From Octopus vulgaris (taxonomy: Eukaryota), in contig OX597822.1 in the NCBI GenBank assembly GCA_951406725.2, forward strand, positions 115,692,001 through 115,756,000: a stretch of DNA of 64,000 nt, given 5' to 3'. A program made the translations under genes and the position numbers. Every line of letters begins with the position of its first letter. The first letter of the stretch is position 1. Positions 13,340 through 26,626 of the stretch are shown piece after piece. The notes under the pieces were generated by a model. It ran no database searches. It saw nothing but the letters and a program-made list of their open reading frames with translations, and was not told where the DNA came from.

Positions 13340-13530
13340 CCACCATCCTTTAAATCTTAAAAAAAGGTTTTGCAGATTTACATAGTCCTATATATCGTGA
13401 TCATTTGTAGCAAATAAATTAAGGATTTGCATTTTCTCCCCAAGAACCCAAGTTCAGCCATACTTTGTTCCAGACGGGTTGGCATGTATCTTGCTGTTCC
13501 AATAATAATAGCTATGAACCTGAAAGTGTA
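13340..13530 (-). pseudogene. Second 3'-end fragment of the same RLE LINE family
   Basis: FIAIIIGTARYMPTRLEQSMAELGF...RTM*ICKTFFKI; nucleotide similarity to 11797-11990. Confidence 0.75.
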
Positions 13531-13722
13531 TTTTGGGTAGATACTATGTATGTATGTATGTATGTATGTATGTATGTATGTATGTATGTATGTATGTATG
13601 CATGCATGTATGTATGCATGTATGTATGCATGTATGTACGTATGTGTATGTGTGCGTGCGTGCTTGTGTGGGTTTGTGTATGTATGTATGTATGTATGTA
13701 TGTATGTATGTATGTATGTATG

Positions 13723-13784
<62 letters not shown>

Positions 13785-13825
13785 TGAATAAAAGAATGGA
13801 GTCGAACGAAGATGTTAACAAAATT

Positions 13826-13919
13826 CCTTTACTCTCGACATATGTTTCGAAGACAGCATATTTTTATTCCGAAGGAATAAAGGGTGCATTATGCAATCTT
13901 CCCATCAGGAAAGATAAGG
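13826..13919 (-). ncRNA. Type I hammerhead-ribozyme-like motif with long stem II (A9->G)
   Basis: Minus strand: ccttatctttc-CTGATGG-GAAGA...TCTTC-GAAAC-ATAT-GTC-gagagtaaagg; stems I, II and III all pair. Confidence 0.65.
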
Positions 13920-14024
13920 AGCCTCTCTCAACCACAAGACGAACAAAAATTTCGATGATTGCCTACATGGTGATCACAGCGATAATTTTCCATGCTGACG
14001 ATAAACATGGGATAATTCATTCAC

Positions 14025-14068
<44 letters not shown>

Positions 14069-14226
14069 AACTGGAACTAACACGACGATAAAATGTTTCC
14101 CAGTCCTCCAGCAAAAGCAAATGGTAGACACTCCTGAACGAATTACCTTAGAACTACTTGAGCTTTTCAGGCAAACAAGGATGTAAACCTCAATCGCCAC
14201 AGTACGCTTGTGAAGAGCAATGATTC

Positions 14227-14444
14227 TACAAGGGGTGCTGAAAACTTCCTAGTTTTAAGGGTACCACGAAACACCTGGTTGGAGCCCCAACCTTCCGAGT
14301 TCTTTTACAGAACTTAGAAAAATTAAAGGCCCGCTACGATAAGTGTGTGAATCTGAGAGGAGAACATGTTGCATAAAATCATAATTAACTGATCCTCCTG
14401 CATTTTTTTCACCCAAAGCCAGTAACTTTTCAGCACCCCTTCTA
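14227..14444 (+). mobile_element. Mariner MITE (~218 bp)
   Basis: TIRs aggggtgctgaaaa / ttttcagcacccct with TA ends; retains transposase C-terminus LEKLKARYDKCVNLRGEHVA*. Confidence 0.85.
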
Positions 14445-14770
14445 TTTAGTATCAACTCTGAAAGACATACGCCAGATCAAGAATAAACTATTGTCGACAC
14501 GAAATGAATTAAAAATCTTTTTTATTTTTTTTTTTATTTTATCTAGTTTCAGTTCACGAGCTGAAGCTAAACTTCAACTAAACAAACAATGCGCTTCGGA
14601 TACAAAGAGAGTGCAATATCTGCAACGAGGTGTGTCTAGGAGAGCCATTTCATTCTGGTAGCGTAGCATTTGTTTTCTGTAACAGGTCATGCATCTGGTA
14701 AAAAAGGGATTGTTGTCGAGATATGAATTCGTATTTGCAGGAGATATAGTATTGTCACAGTGTGGTGTAG

Positions 14771-15005
14771 TAAGGCAGCGAATTGAGCAAATCGCTAGCA
14801 CGATGGGCAAAAGGGTCTGTCTGCATTTCGTCTGTGTATACGTTCTGAGTTCAGATTCGGCAGAGATCGACTTTGCCTATCATACTTTGAGGGTCGATGA
14901 AATAAGTACCAGTTGAATACTGGAGTCGATGTAATTGATTTACTCCCTCCCCTCCTCACCTTACTAAATTCCAGGCCTTGCACCTGGTGTGGAAACGATT
15001 CTTAT
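14771..15005 (+). mobile_element. SINE group C (decayed)
   Basis: cgttctgagttcagattcggcagagatcgactttgcc...gtcgatgaaataagtaccag. Confidence 0.8.
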
Positions 15006-15630
15006 TGTATCTAGTCGACCCGTTTACCTCTCAGCTATCATTAACAACCAAACGTATGATGAACGAACAAGGTAAAATCTATGACAATCATGGGCAGCCG
15101 TCGATCCGAAAAAATTATTTTGACATTTTTAGTTGTGCGTCTCGCTTGATGACATGCCATGTCTCACGTGGTCCGCTTCTCTAAAAACGTTGCCCAGGCC
15201 TAGTCAACGCTACAACTCGGCTACTAGAAATAGCAACCGAACAACATCAAATCATGTTATGCTGCTTTAAAATTGGAAGGACACATTAAACAATGGTGTT
15301 GCAGATATACAAAAAGACAGGATGGTTCAGGTTGGAATGGCTTTGATCATGGATTCAGTCGGTCCGTCAGATTAGAACTGCTCTGGAGCGAAACAACAGC
15401 CAAATTTATTAATGCCGCTCCTAAGGTCTCTTCGAGTAGTGTCCATGTTAAAATAAATTCCCTAATAATAAGTCACGTGTCTGCCTTTTGATGTATTTCC
15501 TTTTCTCTGTCTTAGCCCTTGAAACCTTGAAACGCATTCACCGCAAAGTCCTTTAGCATAGGCATGTTAAAGGGTCTGTAGAGCAGAACCCGATATTACA
15601 AGGAAGTTAATTTGTGATGTTTTCTTTCAC

Positions 15631-15667
<37 letters not shown>

Positions 15668-15675
15668 TGTATGCG

Positions 15676-15722
<47 letters not shown>

Positions 15723-15772
15723 GTGAGTGTGTGTGTATTTGAACTCATTTATTTTCCTTAATACTTCAGCAG

Positions 15773-15805
15773 GGAACTTGATGCCAGCTACGTGACAAAG
15801 AGAAG
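15773..15805 (+). CDS. Candidate 33-nt coding microexon (ELDASYVTKR), host gene unknown
   Basis: Pyrimidine tract ttattttccttaatacttcagcag (NAGNAG acceptor) and consensus donor AG|gtaagt; length is a multiple of 3; one of three frames open; unique flanks. Confidence 0.5.
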
Positions 15806-16754
15806 GTAAGTATTTAAGACGGTTTATACATTTGTAGCGGAGGTTTGTTTCGAATTAAATAATAACCGAACAGCTCTTTACACAATGATTGTTTTGTTGA
15901 TTGTGTCTCTTTTTATTTCCTTTTTGTTCGTCTACTTTTTTTTTTTTCATTTTGTTTTTTGTTCTTTTCAATTTGCATTACTTCTTCTCTTTCTTTCTGC
16001 GCGACAATGCATCCCATTCGACATATATCACAGATGACATGCTGCGCGTTTGTTGCATATGAACATATGGACGTTGCGCTGTTTATTTGTTATACATATG
16101 TTGTTGAAGCGATTTTGCCCTAAATCTAAAACCACCATCACAGGATCTCTTGAAGAAACATTGATATTAAGCTAAACTGTTAGCTGATCTCCTTGAGTTT
16201 TGGACAATGCTATTTCCTGTGTAAACCGAGCAAAACAGTGCCGTATACGTTTTCTCATTACCAATACACTCATCAGATAAGTATATAAATAAACTACTAG
16301 AGTGGTAATGGTTAAGTTCATAATTGTAATATAAGAGCATCCAGTTTGGGTTCGACCCTACTTGGGAATGAACATCCTTGATCAAATATCAAAGGTTGTT
16401 TACACAATCAATGATTCAGTTTTTAAGTCTTTAACTTAACATTCTTGCTCGCCCTCCTATCCCATCTTTGCATAGACTGAGAAAGAGATCGGTGAACAAG
16501 CAGATAAACAAATAAACAGATGGCTAGGGGGGGGGTGTGGACAAGGGTTTCGAGCTTTAACTCTTTAAGAGATATTGTGTATTGTAAAGCCGAGTTTCAG
16601 GCATTGGCTGAAATAACTTTCAGATTTCTAAGCAATTGAAAAATAGAACATCTTATGAAATATAAAACATGACAAACACACACTCACACCCGCACACACT
16701 CACACTCACACACACACGCATATACACACAAACTCATACACACACATACATACA

Positions 16755-17649
16755 TACGAGGTGTAATCAAAAAGTATCCCACCTTTGGCCAAAAAGCAAG
16801 TAATATTTAAAAAGAAATACCATTTTGATTTAGTCTCCTTCAAAGTATTCACTTTGGGAGTTTCCACACTTCTGCGTTCCCGCCGCTCCTAGAAACATTT
16901 CTGACAATCACTTTTTGTGAGGCTGTAAGGCTGTGCCGTTGAATTTTGCTTAATGTCCCCTGTTGACTCAAGTCTTCTCCCTTTGAGTTTTTTTTTGTTT
17001 GTTTTAGCTTTGAGAATAGCCAAAAGTCACACGGAACCAAGTCGGTGGCGTAGGAAACCTGACGAACAAGTGGTGTGTTTTGCTTGACGAGGAATGCTTG
17101 GACGACGTGGGCGGAACGAGCGGTTGCGTTGTCATGGTGGAGTTGGCAGTTCTTTGCTACCCACAGATCGGGTCGTTTTCGCCGCACAGCTTCACGAAAA
17201 CATCGAAGAACCCCCAGGTAGTATTCTTTGTCAATTGTCGGACCTTCTGGTGCATATTCATGGCTCACTTTCCACTGAGGTGCGGCCATATTTGAACCTG
17301 TTTTACGACTCAATTATTTGTGTTTTTCCATAGCAGCATCTCCAAAGGCCATCTGAATCTTCTCGATAGTCGGGGCTTACGTATCAAGCAAGTTTTTGGC
17401 AGAATTTGATACAGTATCTTTACCCAATGCACTCGGTCATCTTAACTGAAAAAGAAAAATCACATAGCACACTCTCCACGCCTGTACTCAATGCGTCACT
17501 GCGAGCAAATTGCGCAACCTAAAGACACGAAAATTTTTGCGCGGGCTCAGGAAGGACGCGGTCACCTAAAACCCATGCGGCTTTTGCTGACGTATTATTA
17601 CTTTGTACAAAAACAACCAAGGCCGGATACTTTTTGACTACACCTCGTA
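16755..17649 (-). mobile_element. Internally deleted mariner element
   Basis: TIRs tacgaggtgtaatcaaaaagtatcc / ggatactttttgactacacctcgta; HHDNA and Y(A)TDLVPCDFWLF catalytic motifs; degraded N-terminal CIKFCQKL. Confidence 0.92.
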
Positions 17650-17719
17650 TATTTACATACAGACGTACTTACTTAACTATACATATTCATATAAGCGCAC
17701 ATATAAATACATACATACT

Positions 17720-18573
17720 TACGTGGTCCGATCAGCAAGTATCCGGACTGTTGCCATAGTAACGAAGCTAAAGCACGCAGAGTAAAGCCGCTAAACACAA
17801 ATTGACCTTGAACTCTGATCTGCATGCACACTAAGTTTTAACGTTCTCGTTCACTTCTGCTGTTTACAGCAGTTCATGGAAGGAAGGTGTGTTGCGTGTG
17901 ATCGTCGCATTGAACATAATAGAGAAAGTTGAGCAGAGAATCTGCATCAAATTTTGCCAAAAGCTTTGATATACCTGTTCAGAGGCCTACACAAAGTTTT
18001 CAAAAAGTTTTCATCGTTCTCGATACAATCAAGTACATCTTGTGCAACTGAAACCCGAGTATTTTTTTGGTCATTTGAAAGCAGTTTTGGCACAAACTTG
18101 GCAGACACGCGTCTCATACCGAAATCTTCTGTGATAATGGACTGAACTGAACAGTAACTAATCTGCGCATCCTCTGATAACTCACAGATTTACAGTTTCC
18201 CCTCACAGCTACATGCACATCTGCGATGTTTTTTCTCAGTTCTGCTGGCTGCGAGTCTTCGAGAATGTTCATCAATGTCAAAATTTTTTCAGCCATCACG
18301 GTAACGTCTGAACCACTCATGTGCGGCTCATACACTCCGTTCCATACACTTTCTGTAACTTTATGTAGGCCTCTGAGCAGGTATCGCCATGGTCAATGCG
18401 ACGATCACATGCTACACACCTTCCTTCCAAGCACAGATGTGAGCTAGAACGTTAAAACTTAGTGCGCATGCACAGCAGAGTTCAAGGTCAATGTATGCAA
18501 AGCGGCTTTACTCTGCATACATTAGCTTCGTTACTATGGCAACAGTCTGGATACTTATTGATCAGACCTCGTA
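17720..18573 (-). mobile_element. Second copy of the fold-back mariner derivative (cf. 1774-2668)
   Basis: TIRs tacgtggtccgatcagcaagtatccggactg / cagtctggatacttattgatcagacctcgta; same internal inversion junction as 2385-2400. Confidence 0.92.
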
Positions 18574-19070
18574 TATGTATACACGCACACTCACACACAC
18601 ACGTATGTGTGTGTGTGTGTTTGACGCTGAAGTTAGTCACGTTGACACAGAGGTCTATTCATCCTTTAATGTAAAACATCTCACACCTAAACTTTTGCTC
18701 TAAATCCAAACCTTGTGGAAAAGGAAATGTTTGTCTTTGAATCAAGGCAAAGAAACGCCTGTCTAAAGAAGACCTGAGTAGTGAGCAAACGGTCGCATTG
18801 AACTGCTAATTAATGTATGGATTTAACAACAAGACAGAAAATAGTAGTGAACTATCGCTGTGCTTGTAACTCTCAAAGGAAAATCCTGCAGAGTATTTAT
18901 TTTGATCAAGATCTCTACTAACCAATTCTACAAAAGGGCTTAAGCAGTTTCGTCGATCAATTTACATGGAGAAGAGGAAGAGCCGCTTAGGCTTCAGTGA
19001 GAAGCGCTGCAAAAGCAAACTATGTCCGTTGAGGAAGTAATGTGCCAGTTACATCAACCATCACAGTAAA

Positions 19071-19612
19071 TATTGGACTGGCCGGAAAATTCGTGCCGAT
19101 TTTTAAAGGAAAGAAAAAGATGGATAAATACTTGACATTACATTTTTAATCAACCAAATATGAACCATTTTGTTGCACAATGCGTCTCCATCTTTCCTTT
19201 AACTTGAAAATACCCTCTCCCCAGAATTGAGGTGGTTTCATGGCAAAGAATTCATCAAGGTATCTTTTTACGTCATCCAAGGAACTGAAATTTTTACCAT
19301 TAAGACTATTCTGCAAAGACCAAAATAAGTGGAAATCCAAAGGAGCAATATCTGGTGAATATGGAGGATGGCGGTAACTCATCTCAGCCGAGCTGCAGCA
19401 ATTTTTGTCTCGTTCCCAAAGCATCAAGTGCCGAAAACGAACTTTCTTTTCTTCCATTTTAAAGGGTTACAGAATTAACACAGGTTCTAGGAACATAAAC
19501 CTTCTTCCACGAAAAGATAGCTTAAACTGTGCTCTAAATGGAGGTGTAGTCAAATCCTAAGTCGAAAGGTAAGCTCCTATAAATCGGCACGAACTTTCCG
19601 TACAACCCAATA
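19071..19612 (-). mobile_element. Internally deleted mariner (Hsmar1/cecropia-like) MITE
   Basis: TIRs tattggactggccggaaaattcgtgccgattt / aaatcggcacgaactttccgtacaacccaata; HPPYSPDIAPLDFHLFWSLQNSLNGKNF...ERWRRIVQQNGSY. Confidence 0.92.
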
Positions 19613-20005
19613 TATTTACCCACACGCGCCGTGCACACACTGCTCTCTTAACGCCAATTCATTCTACTCTATTTCGAACTTAGTTGCACATCAGAACATG
19701 TTTCTCCATTTTTAATCCTTTTAATTAAATTTTACTAGAATCATTTAACTCCATTTCATTCCACCCAATCCACTTTAAAATTCCACATTTTTCTATATTT
19801 CTTTATAGCGTTTTTCTATATTGTCTATATTTTTCGTATTATTATCACAAATATAATTTCTGGTAAATTAATAATTTATTTACGCCCGGGCTTGCTTTTG
19901 TCATTAAGAAGTAGTTTGTTGGGCAAATGTTTGCTGCTATAGCACCAGGGCCAACCTATGTCTTGTCAGTGAATTTGGTAGACGGAAACTGTGGGGACGT
20001 CGGTA

Positions 20006-20008
20006 TAC

Positions 20009-20041
<33 letters not shown>

Positions 20042-20428
20042 TGTATGTATGTATGCATGTATGTATGTATGTATGTATGTATGTATGCATGTATGTATAA
20101 TATGTATGTATGTATGTATGCATGTATGTATGAATGTATGTATGCATGTATGTATGTATGAGCGTATGTATGCATGCATGTGTGTATGTATGTATGTATG
20201 TATGTATGTATGTATGTATGTATGTATGTATGTATGTATGTATGTATGTATGTATGTATGTATGTATGTATGTATGAATGTATGTATGTATGCATGTAAG
20301 TATGTATGTATGCATGTGCGTATGTTATGTACGCATGTATGTATGCATGCATATATGTATGTATGCATGTATGCATGTACGTGTATATATGCATTTGTGT
20401 ATGCATGCATGCATGTATGTATGTATGT
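20006..20428. repeat. (TATG)n microsatellite, preceded by a partial group A SINE (~19900-20005)
   Basis: Tandem repeat; upstream gaatttggtagacggaaactg. Confidence 0.9.
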
Positions 20429-20429
20429 C

Positions 20430-21640
20430 ATTATTCAGTTTATTTCAAGATTTCTTGTCAAAAGAGAAAGAAATGGTTTCTAACTTAGCTCCAAGGCTCC
20501 TTCATTGGAATTTCAACATCAACAACGGTGTATTTTTGTTTGTATGTATGTATGTATGTATGTATGTATGAGCAGATTAGTATGTTTTATGTATGTTTTC
20601 TTATGCATACAGTTGCATATCTAGACATATTCATATATAAGTGATAAACTTCTGGAAAGTTTTACAGATTTTTACAGTTCCAGTGATGGACTATATCTGT
20701 AGTCTTCGAATTATCTCCCTCCTTTCTGGTTTTGAGAAGCCTAATTTCTCAGGATTCGTATTTAGGCAGTGTGTTACCCATCCCAGGGCCCCTCTTCCGA
20801 GATCGTGCACAATCAAAAGCCCATACTTCGTTGGAACATGTTGGCATGCACTCTAGACTCCATGCAAATCATTTATATTTCTTCGGGACGCATGTTGTCA
20901 TTCCAACACGAGACACAACGTACGGAACTTTTAGCACTCTGCTGTAAGACAAAGTTCTAGTATTTGCATGACTTTCAGCGCCAATATTTGTTCTTATTTC
21001 GCGTTAGGTAATTCAAATATAAATTACGGTGTATCATTCCAGTCTTTCTTCCAAAAGTGCGAGCTTTAAACTTTTGAACCCTTTGTATCAGCTGTGTGGC
21101 TGCTTATATCAATAGTTTTGTGCGCATGCGTGCGTGTGTAGTTTTATTGGATTGCTTCCAGTTCAGTAGTGAACTTCACGATATCATTGCACCTCAACTA
21201 GGAGCTGTAATCTGATAGAATTCTACGTATTTGATTTGCTGTTCGGAATTGTTCTAGGATCCACCCTGCTAGTTATCTGCACGCCGCTACCATCTTAGCA
21301 ATATGCATATTAATTTATGCGCCATTAATCATAACAGCAGAATTCTTCAAACTCTCTTGCTTTGTTTTCATCACCCAACCTGCATGTGACATTGGAATCT
21401 TTTTGTAGGTTGTTCACACTATCAAAACACTCAATCGCTTTGATATTTGGCTCTCCTCAGCGCAGATAGCAACAGTCGTTGTTCTGATAACTGCGAATAT
21501 TTCAAGATTTCTGTGAGTGCTGTTACAATCTATAACTTCCTAGAAACAATTCTATGGACTACTTTTCTGGGAATTGTTGACTTCTTTGACCGTCACAACT
21601 TGGACGCCACAATTTTGACTGTTAATCATTTTTTTTTTTA
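20430..21640 (-). pseudogene. Decayed, internally deleted RLE-type LINE with 3'UTR
   Basis: GALGWVTHCLNTNPEKLGFSKPERREIIRRLQI*SITGTVKICKTFQKF at ~20645-20790 (same clade as 11790 and 13340); upstream boundary uncertain. Confidence 0.7.
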
Positions 21641-21762
21641 AATCTATCATTCACTTTATTTCTTAATCAACAGCCGGATTACGGGGGCGTAAATGAACCA
21701 ACACTGGTTGTCAAGCGGAGTCTGGATTACCGGAAAAACAAAGTGCTATGCTAAGACCAGAC

Positions 21763-21985
21763 TTTATCTATAATACATCTACACATGTAAGTATCAAGTA
21801 GCTGTTTGAACACCCCATCGCTGATGCGTTGGAAGGAAACCAAACTGCTTGAACTAAAAATGAGCGTAATTTTTCTCTCCGTGATTTGAAGTTTAAAAGT
21901 TGGGTCTTAACTGGAAGTATCAGTTCCGCTGTCTCATGTGGAAGAGACATGTAACTTCTTTCAGCTCTAAGGTGAATGTGAGCTT
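21763..21985 (+). repeat. Paralog of 5189-5212 + 5607-5805, lacking the SINE insertion
   Basis: tttatctataatacatctacacatgtaagtatcaagtagctgttt...ggaaggaaaccaaactgcttgaacta is contiguous here. Confidence 0.8.
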
Positions 21986-22014
21986 GCCATATTCATGGAA
22001 AATGAACAGTTAGA

Positions 22015-22437
22015 TCTTTTATTTTTTTACTTGTTTCACTTATTAGACTTCGGCCATGCTGGGGCACCATTTGGAGAATTTTTTTAGTCAAATGAATCGA
22101 TCCCAATACTTTTTTTTCTTCTTTTTAAAGCCCGGTACTTACTATATCGATGTTTTACCGAACTGCTAAGTTACGGGGACGTAAATACAGCGACACCAGT
22201 TGTCAAACGGTGATGGGGACAAACACATATACAAACACATGCACGCACACGGACACGGACACGCACACACATACGAGGGGCTTCTTTCAGTTTCCGTCTA
22301 CTAAATCTACTGACAAGGCTATGGTCGGCCCGAGGCTCTAGTAGAAGTTACTTGCCCACGGTGTCATCACGTAGTGGGACTGAATCCCGGAACCATGTGG
22401 TTAGGAAGCAAGCTCTTATCACCCAGCCACGCCTGTG
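22015..22437 (-). mobile_element. SINE group A
   Basis: Reverse complement of the group A head, body and tail. Confidence 0.85.
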
Positions 22438-22837
22438 CTGTATTACATCGTTCTATAACACCAGAGACGATGGTTGCCCCTTCTCTATACATTGCCGAAA
22501 ACTCTTTGTACGTGTTCGAGCGGAATCGAGAATGTTCCGATGAAGCGTTTGACATTGCACAGGAATCCTTTTGTTTTACAGTTTGCAGGTTTCACTGTTC
22601 CGTTTTTAGGGCTTTCGAAGTAATTTCTGCCTCAGATTTATGAAGCTTCAGTCAGTGAGGTTGTACAGGAAGATTCCCTTTTACAGTTCATTGGTCGCCT
22701 CCATGGCTCATTGGTTTATAGTTGAATGGGAGTTTTTGTGGATAGTTTCATAGCGTGGCAGTCATGTTTATATAGGCCGCTTTTAATTTCCCCTGTTTTT
22801 AACTGAACTCATTCCTGTACGCGTATTTGAAAGTGTA

Positions 22838-23043
<206 letters not shown>

Positions 23044-24614
23044 TTTGTTCACTGACTCTAATTAGATACCTGAGATTCGATTTCTGAAAACGTTAATGTG
23101 TAAATGGCGTTAGTATTCTAGTAGCGTTGGCACCTCGAGTTTTTATCATCCGTACTACTTCATCATTGTCTATACTCTTTGTAGTTGGGACCAATTTCGA
23201 AACTGACTTTATTTAGGTGTTAGCAGCATAATATAATCTCACTCATTTCTCTTGTTAAGGAAAAGTGATTATATTGCATTTTTATGCATTTTTATGCACC
23301 GGGTTACACAAGCCATCATTTTCCATTTGGGTTCGTATTTATGTCCTTCTGTTCTCATATAGATTCATTCGGAGGTGTGCGCACGCGATATTAAATAGAC
23401 ACAAAAAAAGGTATCAGATAATTGTGGCATCTACGAGACATTAAAGAACTAATTGTAGACACAGCAGCCAACATATGCTTTTTTATGTTGTGGTTCCGTT
23501 CCCACCATTCCTTTGGCCTCCATTCAGTAGCCACGGTAGTAAAGAGAAATACACCTTTTACCATGGGCGTGGCAACGTATATACAAATATATAAAAGAAA
23601 ATGCCCCACGCTAATACCCTGTGGCTCAGAATGCTGTTCAGCAAATTTCCGGTTTATGATGTTCTTTGCGTCGACTGATATACATCTACGGATATATTTA
23701 CGTTGTTTTCATCGGTGCTTATAAACATGGACAGCGAGTTGCAAACGCTTGGTTGTTCGATCTTGCTCAGCCCTATTCCAGACAGATCTTGGAGATCTCC
23801 GTCTTTCTGTTTAAAATATATGTATTTCGTAAATTTAACAAAGTAATGCCAGTTATGTACAGGGGAGAAGTACCACGTATTAAGTGAACTCACAAATATT
23901 CTAGCTGACAAGTTGTTTTGCACGTAGTCACTTAACCTTCTAAATATAGCATCCAAATTTCCCTTAAATGACATCCGACCACTTTAAAAAGACCACGTTT
24001 GCATGAAAACTTCACTGGATAATCTATTATTAGAGGCATTGTTTAAAATTGATGGGGTGATGCCAGGTGGAAGGATTTGAAAACTAGGACTGCACCAGTC
24101 TGACCACTTTCAGAGTGGGGCCGTTCAGACCACGAATACTAGCCCTTTTTCCCTTCTATACTTCATAAAATCATACGCATACATTGACTTGTAGCTGTTT
24201 AAGATAAACTTGGCCGGTCTTGGAAAGACATGGCGGTCATAGTTCGATGCTTTTGAACAAATTTCTTCTTCATCAAAATGGACGTGCATCTAAACATTGA
24301 AATATTTTAAACAAGAAGACAGAGATAATGTCAAAGTGCTGCCATGAGAATAAGTTTTATCCTAAAATAGCAGACCAATAAAGCAAAACTGAGTTGGCGG
24401 TAGTTTTGCACTCGCTACCAGAGTCGTTGAACATCAATGCAGAGACCGCCATACAATCAAACAAAGAAAACTACTCTCTCAGACAAATTTCAAGATTCAT
24501 ATCGATTAAACTTAAATATACAAAACTTCAATATACAACAAGATATATATGCCTACATCAGTAGTTATACATTTATAAGACACATATGCGTATATATATA
24601 TATATTTAATTTTA

Positions 24615-24850
24615 TTTGTTAGGGAATAAAAATTCCGGCATAACAGAGGTTCAAATTATTCTCAACGAAGAAATATATTTTAATTTAGAAATAGTAGGCC
24701 CCTACATCTCACACAGAAAAAAAAGGATTTTTAATTTTTATTTTAAATACCTACTTGTTTTGTTACTTGGCAACACGTGTTTCATGAGGTACTCCGAGTT
24801 TTCCTGGAACTCTTCTTAAAATGTAACCCAATCATCGGGCCCTTATATCA
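24615..24850 (-). mobile_element. Paralog of the 9165 PLE-like module with hammerhead-like motif
   Basis: Shares gaataaaaattccggc...attattctc and acacgtgtttcatgagg...cccaatcatc; minus strand ggc-CCGATGA-ttggg...cctcat-GAAAC-ACGT-GTT-gcc. Confidence 0.6.
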
Positions 24851-24919
24851 CTTTATCAACGTTCAGTGCAATAAACTATATTCTAATTTTATAAAGCCCT
24901 TAAGTATGTGTAAAATAGG

Positions 24920-24950
<31 letters not shown>

Positions 24951-25321
24951 TACATACATATATACATATATATATATAGATGGATGGATGGATAGATGGA
25001 TGGATGGATGGATGGATGATTGGATGGATGGATGGATGGATGGCCATATCTATTCCGTGGTGTGCATAAAATAACGACCCTTCAAAAGTACAAATATGCA
25101 AATTAGGTTGTCTGCTAATGTACCAGCCTAATGTTACAATTACATTATATAACATTATATAACAGCTGACTTGTGTTACTGATTGAGCAATAAAGCCGAG
25201 TACATTTTCTCAAACCATGAAACTGTCCGGCAAGCGATTCTTTTTTTCAAAGCATCAGTAACGAAGAAAGAATCTGTGTGTTTGCATTATTAGTTCGCCA
25301 ACGGAGAGGCTTTCTAATATC

Positions 25322-25750
25322 GGCTTGAAATTTTGGCACAAGACCGGCAAGTTCGCGGGAGAGGCAAGTACCAGGGCTCCGCCGGTACCTATTTTATCGC
25401 ACCCCCCCCCCCGAAGAGATAAAAGACATCGGTGGAATTTGAACTCAGAGCGTAAAGACGGACGATGCCGCTAAGCATTTTGCTAACGATTCTGCCATTC
25501 GCCACGTCTATAGCAGTAATAATGATAATAATAATCCTTTCTATTATAGGCACAATGCCTGAAATTTGGTGGGAAGGGACTATTCGATTACATCGATCCC
25601 AGTGTTACACTGGTACTTAATTTATTGACCCCGAAAGGAAGAAAGGCAAAGTCGACTTCGGCGGAGTTTGAACTTAGAACATAGTGGCAAACGAAATACC
25701 GCTAAGCATTTCACCCGGCGTGCTAACGATTCTGCCAGCCTGCTGCCTTC
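25322..25750 (-). mobile_element. Two tandem decayed SINE group C copies
   Basis: Copies at ~25322-25505 and ~25535-25750. Confidence 0.8.
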
Positions 25751-25752
25751 AT

Positions 25753-26155
25753 AGAAGAAGAAGAAGAAGAAGAAGAAGAAGAAGAAGAAGAAGAAGAAGA
25801 AGAAGAAGAAGAAGAAGAAGAAGAAGAAGAAGAAGAAGAAGAAGAAGAAGAAGAAGAAGAAGAAGAAGAAGAAGAAAAAGAAGAAGAAGAAGAAGAAGTA
25901 GAAGAAAAAGAAGTAGAAGAGGAAGAAGTAGAAGAAAAAGAAGAAGAAGAAGAAGAAGAAGAAGAAGAAGAAAAGAAGAAGAAGAAGAAGAAGAAGAAGA
26001 AAAAGAAGAAGAAAAAGAAGAAGGAGAAGAAGAAGAAGAAAAAGAAGAAGAAAAAGAAGAAGGAGAAGAAGAAGAAGAAGAAGAAGAAGAAGAAGAAGAG
26101 AAGAAGAAGAAGAAGAAGAAGAAGAAGAAGAAGAAGAAGAAGAAGAAGAAGAAGA
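25753..26155. repeat. (GAA)n microsatellite
   Basis: Tandem repeat with variants. Confidence 0.97.
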
Positions 26156-26274
26156 TAATAGGCCTTATATAACGATTGTAGGTAGGGAAAAGCAACGTTG
26201 CTTGTCGAACCATCCTTCACGTTTGATTCAAGGATCTTAAAGAAAGAAAAAGAAAAAAATACAATCCCTTAAAC

Positions 26275-26561
26275 TTTGAAATAGGAAGAATTTGGAGCAT
26301 GTGAACAGTAAAAGTCGTGCCTATAATAATTGGTGCGCTGGGGACAGTAAGCCAAGATATAGACAAATGGCTGAAGGAGATTGAAATAGAATGTCCGGTG
26401 GAGCTCCTGCAGAAAGTTTTTATCTGTTCAGGACAGCAAGAATTATCAGGAGGTTTCTCAGAACTTGAAAACCTGCAGCACCGAAAACCTGTGGATACAG
26501 GTAGTAACTCGCTACCTACATAATTCCTGCCAGGAATAAGACCGAACATGAATCAAACCAA

Positions 26562-26562
<1 letters not shown>
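26275..26562 (+). pseudogene. R4/Dong-like LINE 3' end with (AAT)n tail
   Basis: VVPIIIGALGTVSQDIDKWLKEIEIECPVELLQK, short 3'UTR, then (AAT)n. Confidence 0.85.

Positions 26563-26622
<60 letters not shown>

Positions 26623-26626
<4 letters not shown>

Noticed and set aside
23380-24460. Possible decayed DNA transposon coding region
   Set aside because: No transposase motif or TIR pair could be recognised.
25684-26220. Poly-R/E/K and poly-L/S/F ORFs (also 29133-30282, 48395-48791, 59820-60649)
   Set aside because: Trinucleotide microsatellites with no coding evidence.
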